Part shown: positions 1 through 8,937 of the stretch, one piece after another
How the letters are laid out: each line of letters begins with the position of its first letter
Numbering within the stretch: the first letter of the stretch is position 1
Assembly: GCA_028280485.1 (NCBI GenBank)
Contig: JANQLS010000048.1
Coordinates: 5,577 to 69,576, forward strand
Origin: Planctomycetota bacterium
GTDB lineage: Bacteria; Planctomycetota; UBA8108; JACQVS01
DNA length: 64,000 nucleotides
Direction of reading: 5' to 3'
The notes under the pieces: generated by a model
Database searches by the model: none
What the model saw: the letters and a program-made list of their open reading frames with translations, nothing else
Told to the model about the DNA's origin: nothing
Made by a program: the position numbers and the translations under genes

Positions 1-1043
1 GATTCATAATTAAGAAAACGCCTCAAATCGCTTTCGAGATGAGAGGCACAAGAATATCGGCTTTTTGGATTTTTCTCTAAGCATTTTAAACAGATGGCTT
101 CGATGTCTTGAGGGATGTTTCTTCTTATCTTTCTTGGTATTGTAGGATCTTCATGAATTATTTTGTTTAATAGGTCTAAAGAATTAATACTGTCGAATGG
201 TGGCTTCCCAGTTAAGCATTGATAGAGCACTACACCCAAGCTGTAGATGTCTATTTGGTGGGTTAGTTTTTTGCCTTTGGTACTATTGGCTTGTTCTGGA
301 GCCATGTACCTGGGTGTGCCTATTAATTGATCAGAATTGGTAAGTGACTGATTAGAATTAAAATTTAACGCCAATCCAAAATCTGTTAAATATGGAGTAT
401 TGTCATCACTCAGTAAGATATTTCCTGGCTTGATATCTCTGTGGAGGATTCCATTTTTGTGAGACTCTTCAATAGCAGATGCTAACTTTTTAATTAGTTG
501 TGCGGATTCATGGGGAAATATAGTTGTTGATTTTAGTTTAGTAGAGAGATCTTCTCCTTTTATCAATTGCATTGCAATAAAGCCATGGTTCTCTGAATAA
601 CCATAGTCATAAATCTTTACAATGTTTGGATGTTCTAATTTGGCTGTAGATTCTACTTCTTGCTCAAATCGTTTTTTTGAAATCGGATCTGAAAGGTAGT
701 CTTTATGAATGATCTTTAATGCTACATCTCTTTTTAATTCGTTATCAAAGGCTCTATAAACTACACCTATGCCACCATGCCCAATCATTTCTCTGATGGT
801 GTATTTTTTTATTGAATTTCCAGGTGCAAAGTCGCTCTTAGTAACAAGATTTTTAAAGTCTTGGCAGGGGTTTTTGTATAAGGGGGAAAACAGATTTAGG
901 TCATCTAGGAAGTTTACTAACTCAGACTCGAATTCTGGATATTGCTTTAAAATTTCAAATCTTGATGGAGTATGGCCATCTCTGCTTGCATCGCAGATGT
1001 CTGCAATGATTTCATTGATTCTATCTTCTTTACTAAGTGTCAT
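1..1043 (-). CDS. Serine/threonine protein kinase (Hanks type), runs off the window start
   Basis: Manual translation from ATG at 1043: MTLSKEDRINEII...IGHGGIGVVY...VALK...HRDIKPGNI...TDFG...GTPRYMAPEQ...DIYSLGVVLYQCLTGKPPF. All kinase motifs are present. Absent from the ORF track because it is open-ended. Confidence 0.95.
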   Translation of the reverse strand, partial: MTLSKEDRINEIIADICDASRDGHTPSRFEILKQYPEFESELVNFLDDLNLFSPLYKNPCQDFKNLVTKSDFAPGNSIKKYTIREMIGHGGIGVVYRAFDNELKRDVALKIIHKDYLSDPISKKRFEQEVESTAKLEHPNIVKIYDYGYSENHGFIAMQLIKGEDLSTKLKSTTIFPHESAQLIKKLASAIEESHKNGILHRDIKPGNILLSDDNTPYLTDFGLALNFNSNQSLTNSDQLIGTPRYMAPEQANSTKGKKLTHQIDIYSLGVVLYQCLTGKPPFDSINSLDLLNKIIHEDPTIPRKIRRNIPQDIEAICLKCLEKNPKSRYSCASHLESDLRRFLNYE

Positions 1044-1050
1044 ATAGGGC

Positions 1051-1611
1051 CTAAGACTTGGAAGAGTTTAAGTAGGTGTCTATTTCTGCTCTTAGAGTTT
1101 TTAGAGCTCTTTTGACTAAGCCACCGACTGAGTGTCTCGTTTTCCCAAGCATTTCTGCAGCTTCCAACGTTTTCATTTTGTCTAAGGTGACTAAGATAAA
1201 AGCATTCCTTTGATCTTCAGGAAGTGAGGTTATGACTTGTTCAATCTTTAGAAGTAGTTCTTCAGCTTGAATTTTATCATTGGGGTCATCGCTAAAAGAA
1301 TGGGCTAAATTTTCGAGCTGAGTTGAATTTTGATCTAGTGACAGTTCTAAGTCGATATTTCGTTTTTCTCGTTTCTCAAACTTGATTTCATTTTTAACCG
1401 TATTGACTAATATTTTTCTCAACCATGCTCTTAATATTATTGAGGAATCACCCTTGAATTCATTCCTCTTATTATGAGCGTTGATTATTACTATTTGAGC
1501 GATATCAGATTCATCGACTCTTGCTTTACAATAACTGGTTAATAAACCATAGGCTAAGATTTTTAAATACGATCTATAGTTTTCTAAAATCATTCCATCG
1601 TTGTCTAACAT
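1051..1611 (-). CDS. ECF RNA polymerase sigma factor, planctomycete kinase-associated type
   Basis: Region 2 (YRSYLKILA...DESDIAQ...AWLRKILVN) and region 4 (LPEDQRNAFIL...EAAEMLGKTRHSVGGLVKRALKTLR). Ends 7 bp upstream of the kinase gene. Confidence 0.92.
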   Translation of the reverse strand: MLDNDGMILENYRSYLKILAYGLLTSYCKARVDESDIAQIVIINAHNKRNEFKGDSSIILRAWLRKILVNTVKNEIKFEKREKRNIDLELSLDQNSTQLENLAHSFSDDPNDKIQAEELLLKIEQVITSLPEDQRNAFILVTLDKMKTLEAAEMLGKTRHSVGGLVKRALKTLRAEIDTYLNSSKS

Positions 1612-1867
1612 TTCTTATGTTGATCCTTCAACTGAATTGTCTATTTAGATACAAATTAGTTTAGGAAATATAGTATGGATTTTATGACTACATTGCCAAT
1701 AGAAGTTGTCTACAACAATTAAATAATATTTATAGAATCTCGAATAATTGAAAAATACTTTAAACTCTAAATTTTAGTGACTCACTTAGGAGAGCACGTT
1801 GTCTAAGTAGGTAGGGCGGTAAGATTTGCCCTTCTAACATAAACTGAAATATTAGGGAGTTGCATCA

Positions 1868-2587
1868 ATGAAAACTAAGACGGCAATATTGATTATAGCC
1901 TTGGTGGCTGGCCTTACTCTTACCATCAAAATGCTTTTTACACCAATTACCGGAGATACAATTCATGCTGGGATTATTGACGCATTTGGGCCTATTAATA
2001 TAGATCGAAATGCTCAAGTAGAATTTTTGGATAGCAATGGGCAACCTTTAATTGGAGATGACTTAGCTGCTTTGGTCATGGTAGATTTAGGTGCAACAGG
2101 AGATAGAGCGAATGCCACCTCTTTGCAAACAGGAACCTTCACTGCAAATCCAATTAGGCACAACCTTCCTGGTGACATTGAAGTATATTTTTTATGGGAT
2201 GGTGGAATTGACGCAGTAAGAATCCATGGCGATGAGCGAGGGGGCCCTGGGGCAGGTGACTATCAGTTGTTTAGTGAAGGGCAATTAGTTGTAACAATTA
2301 GATCTACAGGAAAAGAGAACACTCTATCAAACCCTCGATCTAGTTTCACGGACTTAAACATTAACGAAGATTTCAATCTTTATACACCCGATTCTAATGT
2401 AGTTGGTGTTTTCCAGATTGAAAATATGGGTTCTGGCTCTGTGGAGATATATGGACAAGACCAAAATACACCGATGCAAATACTTACAGAAAGAGGGACA
2501 TATGTTATTTCATCAAATCGAATTACCTTAAGATCAAAATCTGATGGAGGGAGAGTTCTATATACTCCCTTGTCTTTTATCAGATAA
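1868..2587 (+). CDS. Exported hypothetical protein, beta-rich
   Basis: 239-aa ORF with GGGAG RBS and an N-terminal hydrophobic signal or anchor. C-terminal segment resembles the next gene. Confidence 0.8.
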   Translation: MKTKTAILIIALVAGLTLTIKMLFTPITGDTIHAGIIDAFGPINIDRNAQVEFLDSNGQPLIGDDLAALVMVDLGATGDRANATSLQTGTFTANPIRHNLPGDIEVYFLWDGGIDAVRIHGDERGGPGAGDYQLFSEGQLVVTIRSTGKENTLSNPRSSFTDLNINEDFNLYTPDSNVVGVFQIENMGSGSVEIYGQDQNTPMQILTERGTYVISSNRITLRSKSDGGRVLYTPLSFIR

Positions 2588-2598
2588 TAGGGGGGAGA

Positions 2599-3243
2599 AT
2601 GAAAACTCTAATAAGTTTCTTTATTATTTTATTTTGTACTTCTTTGCTCTCCTCTCAAGAAAGATTTATGAGGGGAGATGCAAACTTAGATGGTGAAAGC
2701 TCAGATATAACAGATGCTGTATATGTCTTACAATATCTGTTCTTGTCTGGTGATTCACTATGCCTTGATTCAATGGATGTTAATGATGATGGCAGAATTG
2801 ATATTACAGATCCAATAGTTGCATTGACATATCGATTTTTTGGGGCAAAACCCCCAGCTTACCCGTTTTCTGAGTGTGGTACCGATCCTACCCAGGATGA
2901 GCTTACCTGCAAGGTCGGGTATAAGAACTGTAGTCAATTTGAGGGAATTTGTTTACAAAACGATCTTTCGACCACCATTGGTGAAACTTTGTGCACTATC
3001 TTTAAGATTCAGTTGGAAGAGGGGAAATTGTTTGAGATTTACGTATCTGAATCTGGATTAGTGGGAGAGTTTAAAATTAAAAATGTCGGCCCAGGAGGAT
3101 TGTTTATTCATTCAGTCAATCCTAATGGGGGAGAAGAGTTAAGTTTGTCTAAAGGACAAGAGACTCTAGTGTATGGAACAAATGTGTCGATAATTTCGAC
3201 CGCGGCATCTGTAGTCAGAGTTTGCTCATTAAGTTTTGATTGA
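2599..3243 (+). CDS. Secreted protein with planctomycete dockerin-like (EF-hand) domain
   Basis: Signal peptide, then FMRGDANLDG..DITDAVYVLQYLF...CLDSMDVNDDGRIDITDP...PF.ECG.DPT.D.L.C. Strong GGGGGAG RBS. Confidence 0.88.
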   Translation: MKTLISFFIILFCTSLLSSQERFMRGDANLDGESSDITDAVYVLQYLFLSGDSLCLDSMDVNDDGRIDITDPIVALTYRFFGAKPPAYPFSECGTDPTQDELTCKVGYKNCSQFEGICLQNDLSTTIGETLCTIFKIQLEEGKLFEIYVSESGLVGEFKIKNVGPGGLFIHSVNPNGGEELSLSKGQETLVYGTNVSIISTAASVVRVCSLSFD

Positions 3244-3342
3244 TATCGTTCTCATTAGTATTTACCTTAGATAATAGGAAAAAGGTAAATTTCTTGAACA
3301 GTATTCAACTTGAGAACTAAACTTGACATTTAAATTGAAACA

Positions 3343-3777
3343 ATGAAAAGGAAACTCATCCAAAATTGCCCACCAGAAATTAAAGAGCCATGCCCAGTAG
3401 CTTGGGAATCTTTAAAATCGACAGACAATGAGAATGTTCGATTTTGTAAGGTGTGCGATAAGAATGTTTATTTTTGCAAGGATTCGGAAGAGGTTTCCTT
3501 GCATGCAGGTCTCAATCATTGTGTTGCAATGAATCACCAGGTGGGCCTTGATTTACCTATTCTTTTTTTGGGAAAGCCTAGGCAAGTGGAGTATACAGAA
3601 AGGCAAATGGCTGATTCTAAAGTTGATATGAAACAAATGTGTCGATCGGCAGTTCTGGTTGACCTAAAGTACTCCAATCGTTGTTGTATTAAATGCCGAT
3701 TTCCAATTGCCTCTTTTATTCGAGAATGCCGAATGTGTAGTGGAAGTAAATCATTGGGCTTTGACATGAATTCTTGA
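3343..3777 (+). CDS. Cys-rich hypothetical protein (probable Zn-binding)
   Basis: CPVAWESL..T....VRFCKVCDKNVYFC...HCVA motif plus a C-terminal CxxC...CxxC ribbon. Confidence 0.75.
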   Translation: MKRKLIQNCPPEIKEPCPVAWESLKSTDNENVRFCKVCDKNVYFCKDSEEVSLHAGLNHCVAMNHQVGLDLPILFLGKPRQVEYTERQMADSKVDMKQMCRSAVLVDLKYSNRCCIKCRFPIASFIRECRMCSGSKSLGFDMNS

Positions 3778-3909
3778 AGGGCATTTTTTATTGAATTTAA
3801 GGATTAGAATTCATTGAGTTGCGTAATTCACAAAATCCCATTGTGTAAAGCGATAGCCGGAATTCTTCATCTAACTTGTAAAGAATGATTAGAAGAATTC
3901 ATTCAAATC

Positions 3910-3932
3910 ATCACCGTATCATTGATACGTTT
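3910..3932. repeat. Left arm of inverted repeat flanking the tRNA fragment (putative integrase arm/accessory site)
   Basis: ATCACCGTATCATTGATACGTTT is the reverse complement of 4202-4225 except for a 1-nt indel. Confidence 0.75.
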
Positions 3933-4037
3933 CACCCCAAAATCGGGCGATATCCAACGCAAGACTTGAAATTTGGGATTTGTGTTAGTATAAGATTACT
4001 AAGAGGTTACAGTTTTTAGCGAAGCAAATATATTTCT

Positions 4038-4082
4038 CTGGGGGTCAGAAGGTCGGGGGTTCAAATCCCTCCGCCACGACCA
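4038..4082 (+). tRNA. 3' fragment of tRNA-Pro(GGG), probable att site (not a complete tRNA)
   Basis: CTGGGGG anticodon loop, TCAGA stem half, GGGGG-TTCAAAT-CCCTC T-arm and acceptor half ending ACCA. No D-arm or 5' half upstream. Confidence 0.88.
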
Positions 4083-4094
4083 GTTATTATTAAT

Positions 4095-4126
4095 AGACTC
4101 ACGACGGAAGTTGTGAGTCTTTTTTT
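4095..4126 (+). terminator. Rho-independent terminator after the tRNA fragment
   Basis: AGACTCACGAC-GGAA-GTTGTGAGTCT stem with a GNRA loop, followed by a T run. Confidence 0.85.
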
Positions 4127-4201
4127 GTGAGTATGGCTGGTGCTGAGTTTCGCACTTGCGAAACACCCGTCGTTCGAAGGCGCGGCTGTAACCCTTAAAT
4201 A

Positions 4202-4225
4202 AAACGTATCAATTGATACGGTGAT
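4202..4225. repeat. Right arm of inverted repeat flanking the tRNA fragment
   Basis: AAACGTATCAATTGATACGGTGAT, an inverted copy of 3910-3932. Confidence 0.75.
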
Positions 4226-4397
4226 TAAAAAAAGGGAGTTGCCGCGCTGTTCGTTCGCACCTTTTTCCTTCCTTTGCGAACCTCTTCGCGATTTCCTCCC
4301 TTGAGACAAATTGGCTTTCTCGAGCAATTGGAGTGCTTTTAAAAACCTGATCCATCTGTTATGAAGGTAATTACACCAATTGGTAAGGAGACCTTCA

Positions 4398-4682
4398 ATG
4401 CCCAGAAGAAGAAAACGTCATTCCCCTGAACAAATCATTAAAAAGCTTCGAGATGCCGATGCCATGCTGCAAGCAGGCAAAGATATCGCCGCAGTTCTGC
4501 AAGCCTTAGAAGTCAGTGAATCCACCTACATTCGTTGGAAAAATCAGTACGGCGGAATGAAAGCAGAAGAAGCCAAGCGTCTCAAAGAGCTTGAAGACGA
4601 AAATAAGCGCCTCAAGCAGTTGGTCGCCGACCAAGCCTTGGATATCCAAATGCTTAAGCACATCTCTGAGGGAAACTGGTAA
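4398..4682 (+). CDS. IS3 transposase OrfA (HTH + leucine zipper)
   Basis: RKRHSPEQIIKKLR...YIRWKNQYGGM...KRLKELEDENKRLKQLVAD. AAGGAG RBS before ATG at 4398. Confidence 0.9.
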   Translation: MPRRRKRHSPEQIIKKLRDADAMLQAGKDIAAVLQALEVSESTYIRWKNQYGGMKAEEAKRLKELEDENKRLKQLVADQALDIQMLKHISEGNW

Positions 4683-5578
4683 ACCCTTCTTGAAAGCGTG
4701 CCGCCGTCAAAGAGCTACAAGGTAGATTCGAAATTTCTGAGTGACGAGCCTGCAAGGTTGTCGATCAGCCAAGAAGCAGCCAGCGCTACAAAACGAAACC
4801 AAGGCTCGATGAAAAGCCCTTGGTTGACCGGATGCTGCATTTAGCTCGTCTTCGCCCACCCTTTGGTTACCGAAGGGTAGCCAAGCTTCTTCAGGCTGAA
4901 GCTTGGAACGCAAGCGAAACTCGAATCTACCGACTCTGGCGCCAAGAAGGGCTAAAAGTACCGCAGAAAAGACGTAAACGCAGGCGATTAGGCAACAGCC
5001 AAAACGCTTGCGATAAGCTTCAGGCAACGCGGCCCAACGATGTTTGGTGTTGGGATTTTGTTTTCGATCGGACTCATTCAGGAAGCCAATTAAAGTGGCT
5101 GACGATTGTCGATGAATTCACCCGAGAATGCTTAACATTAAAGGTTGATCGAAGCATTGATAGTGAAAGTATTATCGACACTCTTATCGACCTCATCGCA
5201 AAGAGAGGAGCACCCAATAAAATTCGAAGCGACAATGGCCCTGAATTAACCTCTAAGAGAATCAGGCGATGGTTGAAGGGGATTGATATCAACACCCTTT
5301 ATATCGAACCTGGTTGCCCTTGGGAGAATGGGTACGCCGAAAGTTTCCATAGATGCTTTCGAGATGAATTCTTAGCCATGGAAGAGTTCGAAAATTGAAC
5401 CGCCGCGAAAAAACTTACAACTCAATAGAGGGACGATTACAACTACCACAGACCTCACAGCTTACTGGATTACCTGACTCCAGTGGAATTCGCAACTCGT
5501 TGTACTGCTTCCGTTACGGCTTCGGCTACGCCTCAGCCTTCACTCCAGCAGTACAACGGTGACCCCAAGTTAAACTGA
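4670..5578 (+). pseudogene. IS3 transposase OrfB (DDE integrase core) with four in-frame stops
   Basis: WCWDF...IVDEFTREC...RSDNGPE...PWENGYAESF...YNYHRPHS lie in one frame, interrupted by TGA 4691, TGA 4742, TGA 5396 and TAG 5426. Confidence 0.9.
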
Positions 5579-5951
5579 ACTTTCATAAGGGGTGGTACAG
5601 GAAATTAAAGCCATCCAGTGCGATTGGCGTTGGTTTTAATTCGTCGAATCCAAGAGGAAATTGAGTTTTAGTACGGATTAAAGTGACTTCTTAGAACGCC
5701 AATAGTGAGGCACCTACCCGTGAATTTTAGTTCCGAATCGAGTTCGGGAAGTCTTTATAGACGAAATTTAAAAAAATCTGAGTCTCAATTTATTCTGGTC
5801 CCCGGGTTAACCTGATCTAAATAACCCCAAAAGTGACCCCAATTAATCAGAGCCCTGTTAGTTTGAGCAGAAATGTAGTTACTTTCCGTTAAATTAACAG
5901 GAAGGCCAGTAGGACGAGTTGCAACTCAATACAGTGCTTGGATTTATGGGT

Positions 5952-5980
5952 TTGAGGTCTTCCGGCTTGGAAGGTATGAT
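5952..5980 (+). promoter_or_regulatory. sigma70-type promoter for the small protein gene
   Basis: TTGAGG-17 nt-TATGAT. The spacer contains the palindrome CTTCC-N5-GGAAG. Confidence 0.6.
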
Positions 5981-6030
5981 CTGGGAGCTTGAGTTTCTAA
6001 TTTCAATCTTAAAGCCAAAAGGGAGGAACC

Positions 6031-6138
6031 ATGATGGCTGAGATTTTATTCTTAGGAGCAACCTCGTTCGCCTTGGCGATGTTGGCTTTAGTTGTGGTGA
6101 TCGTTCTTAAAGAAACGTTCACACCCCCAACTAAGTAA
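6031..6138 (+). CDS. 35-aa single-TM small protein (type I toxin-like)
   Basis: MMAEILFLGATSFALAMLALVVVIVLKETFTPPTK, with GGGAGG RBS, upstream promoter and downstream terminator. Confidence 0.7.
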   Translation: MMAEILFLGATSFALAMLALVVVIVLKETFTPPTK

Positions 6139-6161
6139 AGTCAACACAAGTTGTTCTACTT

Positions 6162-6201
6162 AAAGCCAGCTGCAATGTAGCGATTGCAGCTGGCTTTTTT
6201 T
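6162..6201 (+). terminator. Rho-independent terminator (possibly bidirectional)
   Basis: AAAGCCAGCTGCAAT-N6-ATTGCAGCTGGCTTT perfect 15-bp stem plus T run. Confidence 0.88.
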
Positions 6202-6306
6202 ATGGTTATTGGGCCCACTCCTAATTTCAAACTCATTCATTTTTATGTCGAAGAGAAACGAGCACAGAAGTGTTTAACCACGATTAATCGGATTCTTAAT
6301 TTGGGA

Positions 6307-7560
6307 TTATTCTTTCTTCGCTTGCTCGGAGTTCTTAGATTTCTTAGTTTTTAATACCATGCAAACTACCCCATTATCTTTCGCCCTTTCTACAAAGTTT
6401 TCAACATCCTCCGAGTGCTCATTTGCTATCCCGTCATCAACCAAAACCAAATCAACTAAAGACGGAATAATTTGAGCGAATTCTCGAATGAAGTATTTTC
6501 TTCTTAGTTTTGCGCTGTCAAATAATAATACTTTTAAATTCCCCCTGGAAAGGAGCTCCGACTTCATTTCTGCTTCAGCCGGATCATCACAATATACTTT
6601 TCCTGACCTGTAGCCCGTCACTCCGATTACGGACAAGTCAAAATTAAACTGCCAATCCTTCAGTGCTTGTTGAGCGAGTAAGCCACATACACTATCCCTT
6701 TCTGACCTAATTTGACCTCCAATAATACAAACAGCCGTAGTGTTAGTGACTTTCTTTGAAGCGGTAAGACTGTGAGCAATTGAAGGTGAGTTTGTGATGA
6801 TTCTAAAAGTAATGGTTTTCTTTTCGGGAGTCCCATCAATATCAAGATCAATGTCTAAAGGAAGTTTAACTACTTGTTGAACCATTAGCTGAGCAATTTG
6901 GGTGGTGGTGGAACCAGAATCAAGTGCAAGGTTTACTTTGGGCTTTTCCCAGATCTCTATTAGCTTCGTATTTAATCTCTCTTTAGCCTTAGTACTGCCG
7001 TGTGAAGTAAATTCAATTTTTGGATTTTTAAAGCTGCATTTAAAGATAACCTCATAAAAAAGCTTAGCTAGGTTTGTTTTACACTTGGGGCGATGCTGTT
7101 CTCTGGCCGTTCGAGTTTCTTGGTGGTCTCTAACCAATTCTGCGGTGGCTGTCGGCCCGCTCTTTCCAGCTTTGATTTTTACTTGAGCTCCGGAGCGAAA
7201 GAGGAATTTACTATTGAGGTCTTCGATAGCGGTTCTGACTTCAGCGTGGCCGACTGTTTTTTCGCCCTTCTTACTTGCCTTATTAGGAAATTTTTCAATA
7301 TGGGTTTTTAGTTCCGTTAAGAAATTTAAGTCTTGTTGGTCAAGATTAGATTCAATGAACTGAATCGTTTTCTGAATATATTTCCCTCTGTTGTCATTAT
7401 CTTTATCGTAGGCAAGATTATATTTATTAGATAAATCTTTTAAGGTGATTACTTTACCTAATTGATCTACATCGAAATAATCGATTAAATAATCTTTAAG
7501 GTGCTGTGACTTATCCTGTTTTACTCTCGGTTTTTTTTTGCTTTTCTTCGATTGTGACAT
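6307..7560 (-). CDS. DeoR/GlpR-like regulator with enlarged N-terminal region
   Basis: DeoR sensor motifs LALDSGSTT, IITNSPSIA, IGGQIR...VCG, VIGVTG, E..MK..LL...LLFDSAKL and DLVLVD. Confidence 0.75.
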   Translation of the reverse strand: MSQSKKSKKKPRVKQDKSQHLKDYLIDYFDVDQLGKVITLKDLSNKYNLAYDKDNDNRGKYIQKTIQFIESNLDQQDLNFLTELKTHIEKFPNKASKKGEKTVGHAEVRTAIEDLNSKFLFRSGAQVKIKAGKSGPTATAELVRDHQETRTAREQHRPKCKTNLAKLFYEVIFKCSFKNPKIEFTSHGSTKAKERLNTKLIEIWEKPKVNLALDSGSTTTQIAQLMVQQVVKLPLDIDLDIDGTPEKKTITFRIITNSPSIAHSLTASKKVTNTTAVCIIGGQIRSERDSVCGLLAQQALKDWQFNFDLSVIGVTGYRSGKVYCDDPAEAEMKSELLSRGNLKVLLFDSAKLRRKYFIREFAQIIPSLVDLVLVDDGIANEHSEDVENFVERAKDNGVVCMVLKTKKSKNSEQAKKE

Positions 7561-7804
7561 GTAAATCTCAACTCCGTAGGTGATCGTATTATTAGATGAA
7601 ATGGTTGATTGACTAAAATGAAACCCTCGTCAATTTGGCTGAAGTGAATTTGTTAATTATTATGATGCTAAGGGATCAGTAAATGGATTTATTTTTTCTA
7701 AACTAATAATATATCAATTGTATACTTAAAAAATTATCCCTTTTGAAGATTAAATACGCATTATTCTGTTCAATTAACTAATATCTAAAAAAATAACAAT
7801 TCTG

Positions 7805-7918
7805 GTTTATTTTGAATCATTCCGGCCGACTTGTAGTCGGCGTTCATCGTCTCGTAAAGCTCTTCACTCAGAATGGGACACCTAAATTTAATTGCTCTGA
7901 TATTGATTCAGAATAAAC
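7805..7918. repeat. Inverted-repeat-bounded intergenic element (MITE-like)
   Basis: GTTTATTTTGAATCA / TGATTCAGAATAAAC (14 of 15 complementary), with an internal GCCGAC-N5-GTCGGC hairpin. Confidence 0.45.
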
Positions 7919-7990
7919 GGATTTTATTTGCTTTGTCGTCAGAGCTACTGCCGATAAGAACAAAGCTTGCGAGAGCAAACGAGTGCTTCT

Positions 7991-8458
7991 TTAGTTCACC
8001 TCAAAGGGGAATGGTCTCGGCGAATCAAAGGTTGCGTTGTCATAGCTATTACGCATTTTCTTTCCTGCTTGAGGATCTTGGACAATTTCTAATTGAGCTC
8101 TAGCTATCCACCAACCTGCAGTCATTGAGATTTTAAAATAATAAGACTGTCCCGCCTCAACTGGAAAGGAAGCTTCTGACCTTGCTTCAGTTCCTACAAA
8201 CATTTTTACATTTCCAGTTGGAACATTGTAGCTTACAAAATCGGAGACACCTAATTCTCCAACATGCATATCATTGATGTACACTCCCGGGCTTACTGCA
8301 GCACCCACCCAGCTCCCATCTCTTAAGACAATAATTTCAGCGGAGTCCGTCCCATTTGGAAGGGAGGGAGGAGGAGTGTTGAGTTTAATAGGAGTGAGAC
8401 TACAGCCCGCCAATGTGACAGAGGAAAATAAGATAAAGATTAAAGAAAGCGTTTTCAT
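7991..8458 (-). CDS. DUF2846-like lipoprotein
   Basis: Lipobox LAGC. A.IIVLR....GAA....VYIND..VGEL...F....V..G...VEAGQSYYFK pattern. Confidence 0.8.
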   Translation of the reverse strand: MKTLSLIFILFSSVTLAGCSLTPIKLNTPPPSLPNGTDSAEIIVLRDGSWVGAAVSPGVYINDMHVGELGVSDFVSYNVPTGNVKMFVGTEARSEASFPVEAGQSYYFKISMTAGWWIARAQLEIVQDPQAGKKMRNSYDNATFDSPRPFPFEVN

Positions 8459-8937
8459 GGTGATACCGATTAGAGTTGAGTTAGTTTAAAGTCAAATCTT
8501 GTAGCTGAGATCTTTAAAAAGGCTATCGCAATAATCAAAAAAAATACAACCTATTTCTTCAACCATCGATCTCCCTGCTGACTAAAGGTGAATTGAGATT
8601 TTTAAAGAGCGCAGATTTGGATCTCCTACCAAAATAACCAGAAATGACTTAATAAAATTATGGAATCCTCGTTTCACATTGAGGGTGTGCAATTCCGTTC
8701 AAGTAACTTCGTCATTGCTTCTTTGTTTCAACCCTTTCAGTCGAGTGTTTGAGTCTTTGTCTCTAAATTGAGCTCCAAAATCTCCTATCTCAATTCATAT
8801 GTAATAAATGGTCGTTTTCTTCGAATTACTTAATGAAAACATGGTGGGTGAGTGTCGATTTTAGGCTCATTCCTTTATTAAGCGAGCTTGCTTTAAAGTG
8901 TTGCAATTAATTGATTTATGCCGATTACGCTGGAATC

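Larger units (their letters stand above)
4329..5617 (+). mobile_element. IS3-family (IS407-like) insertion sequence, inactivated
   Basis: TG...CA ends. Imperfect terminal IRs: TGGAGTGCTTTTAAAAACCTGATCCATCTGTTATGAA vs reverse-complemented right end TGGATGGCTTTAATTTCCTGTACCACCCCTTATGAA. orfA/orfB with a GGGAAAC -1 slip site at 4670-4676. No target duplication seen. Confidence 0.92.

Noticed and set aside
4000-4082. Complete or split/permuted tRNA-Pro gene
   Set aside because: No 5' acceptor strand or D-arm is present upstream or elsewhere in the window. The break at the anticodon loop fits an att duplication.
4061-4327. 88-aa minus-strand ORF
   Set aside because: It overlaps the tRNA fragment, terminator and arm repeat, and has no protein-like features.
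5822-5842. TAACCCCAA/TGACCCCAA tandem repeat, similar to TCACCCCAA at 3932, as extra integrase arm sites
   Set aside because: Too short and too few copies to separate from chance without the cognate integrase.
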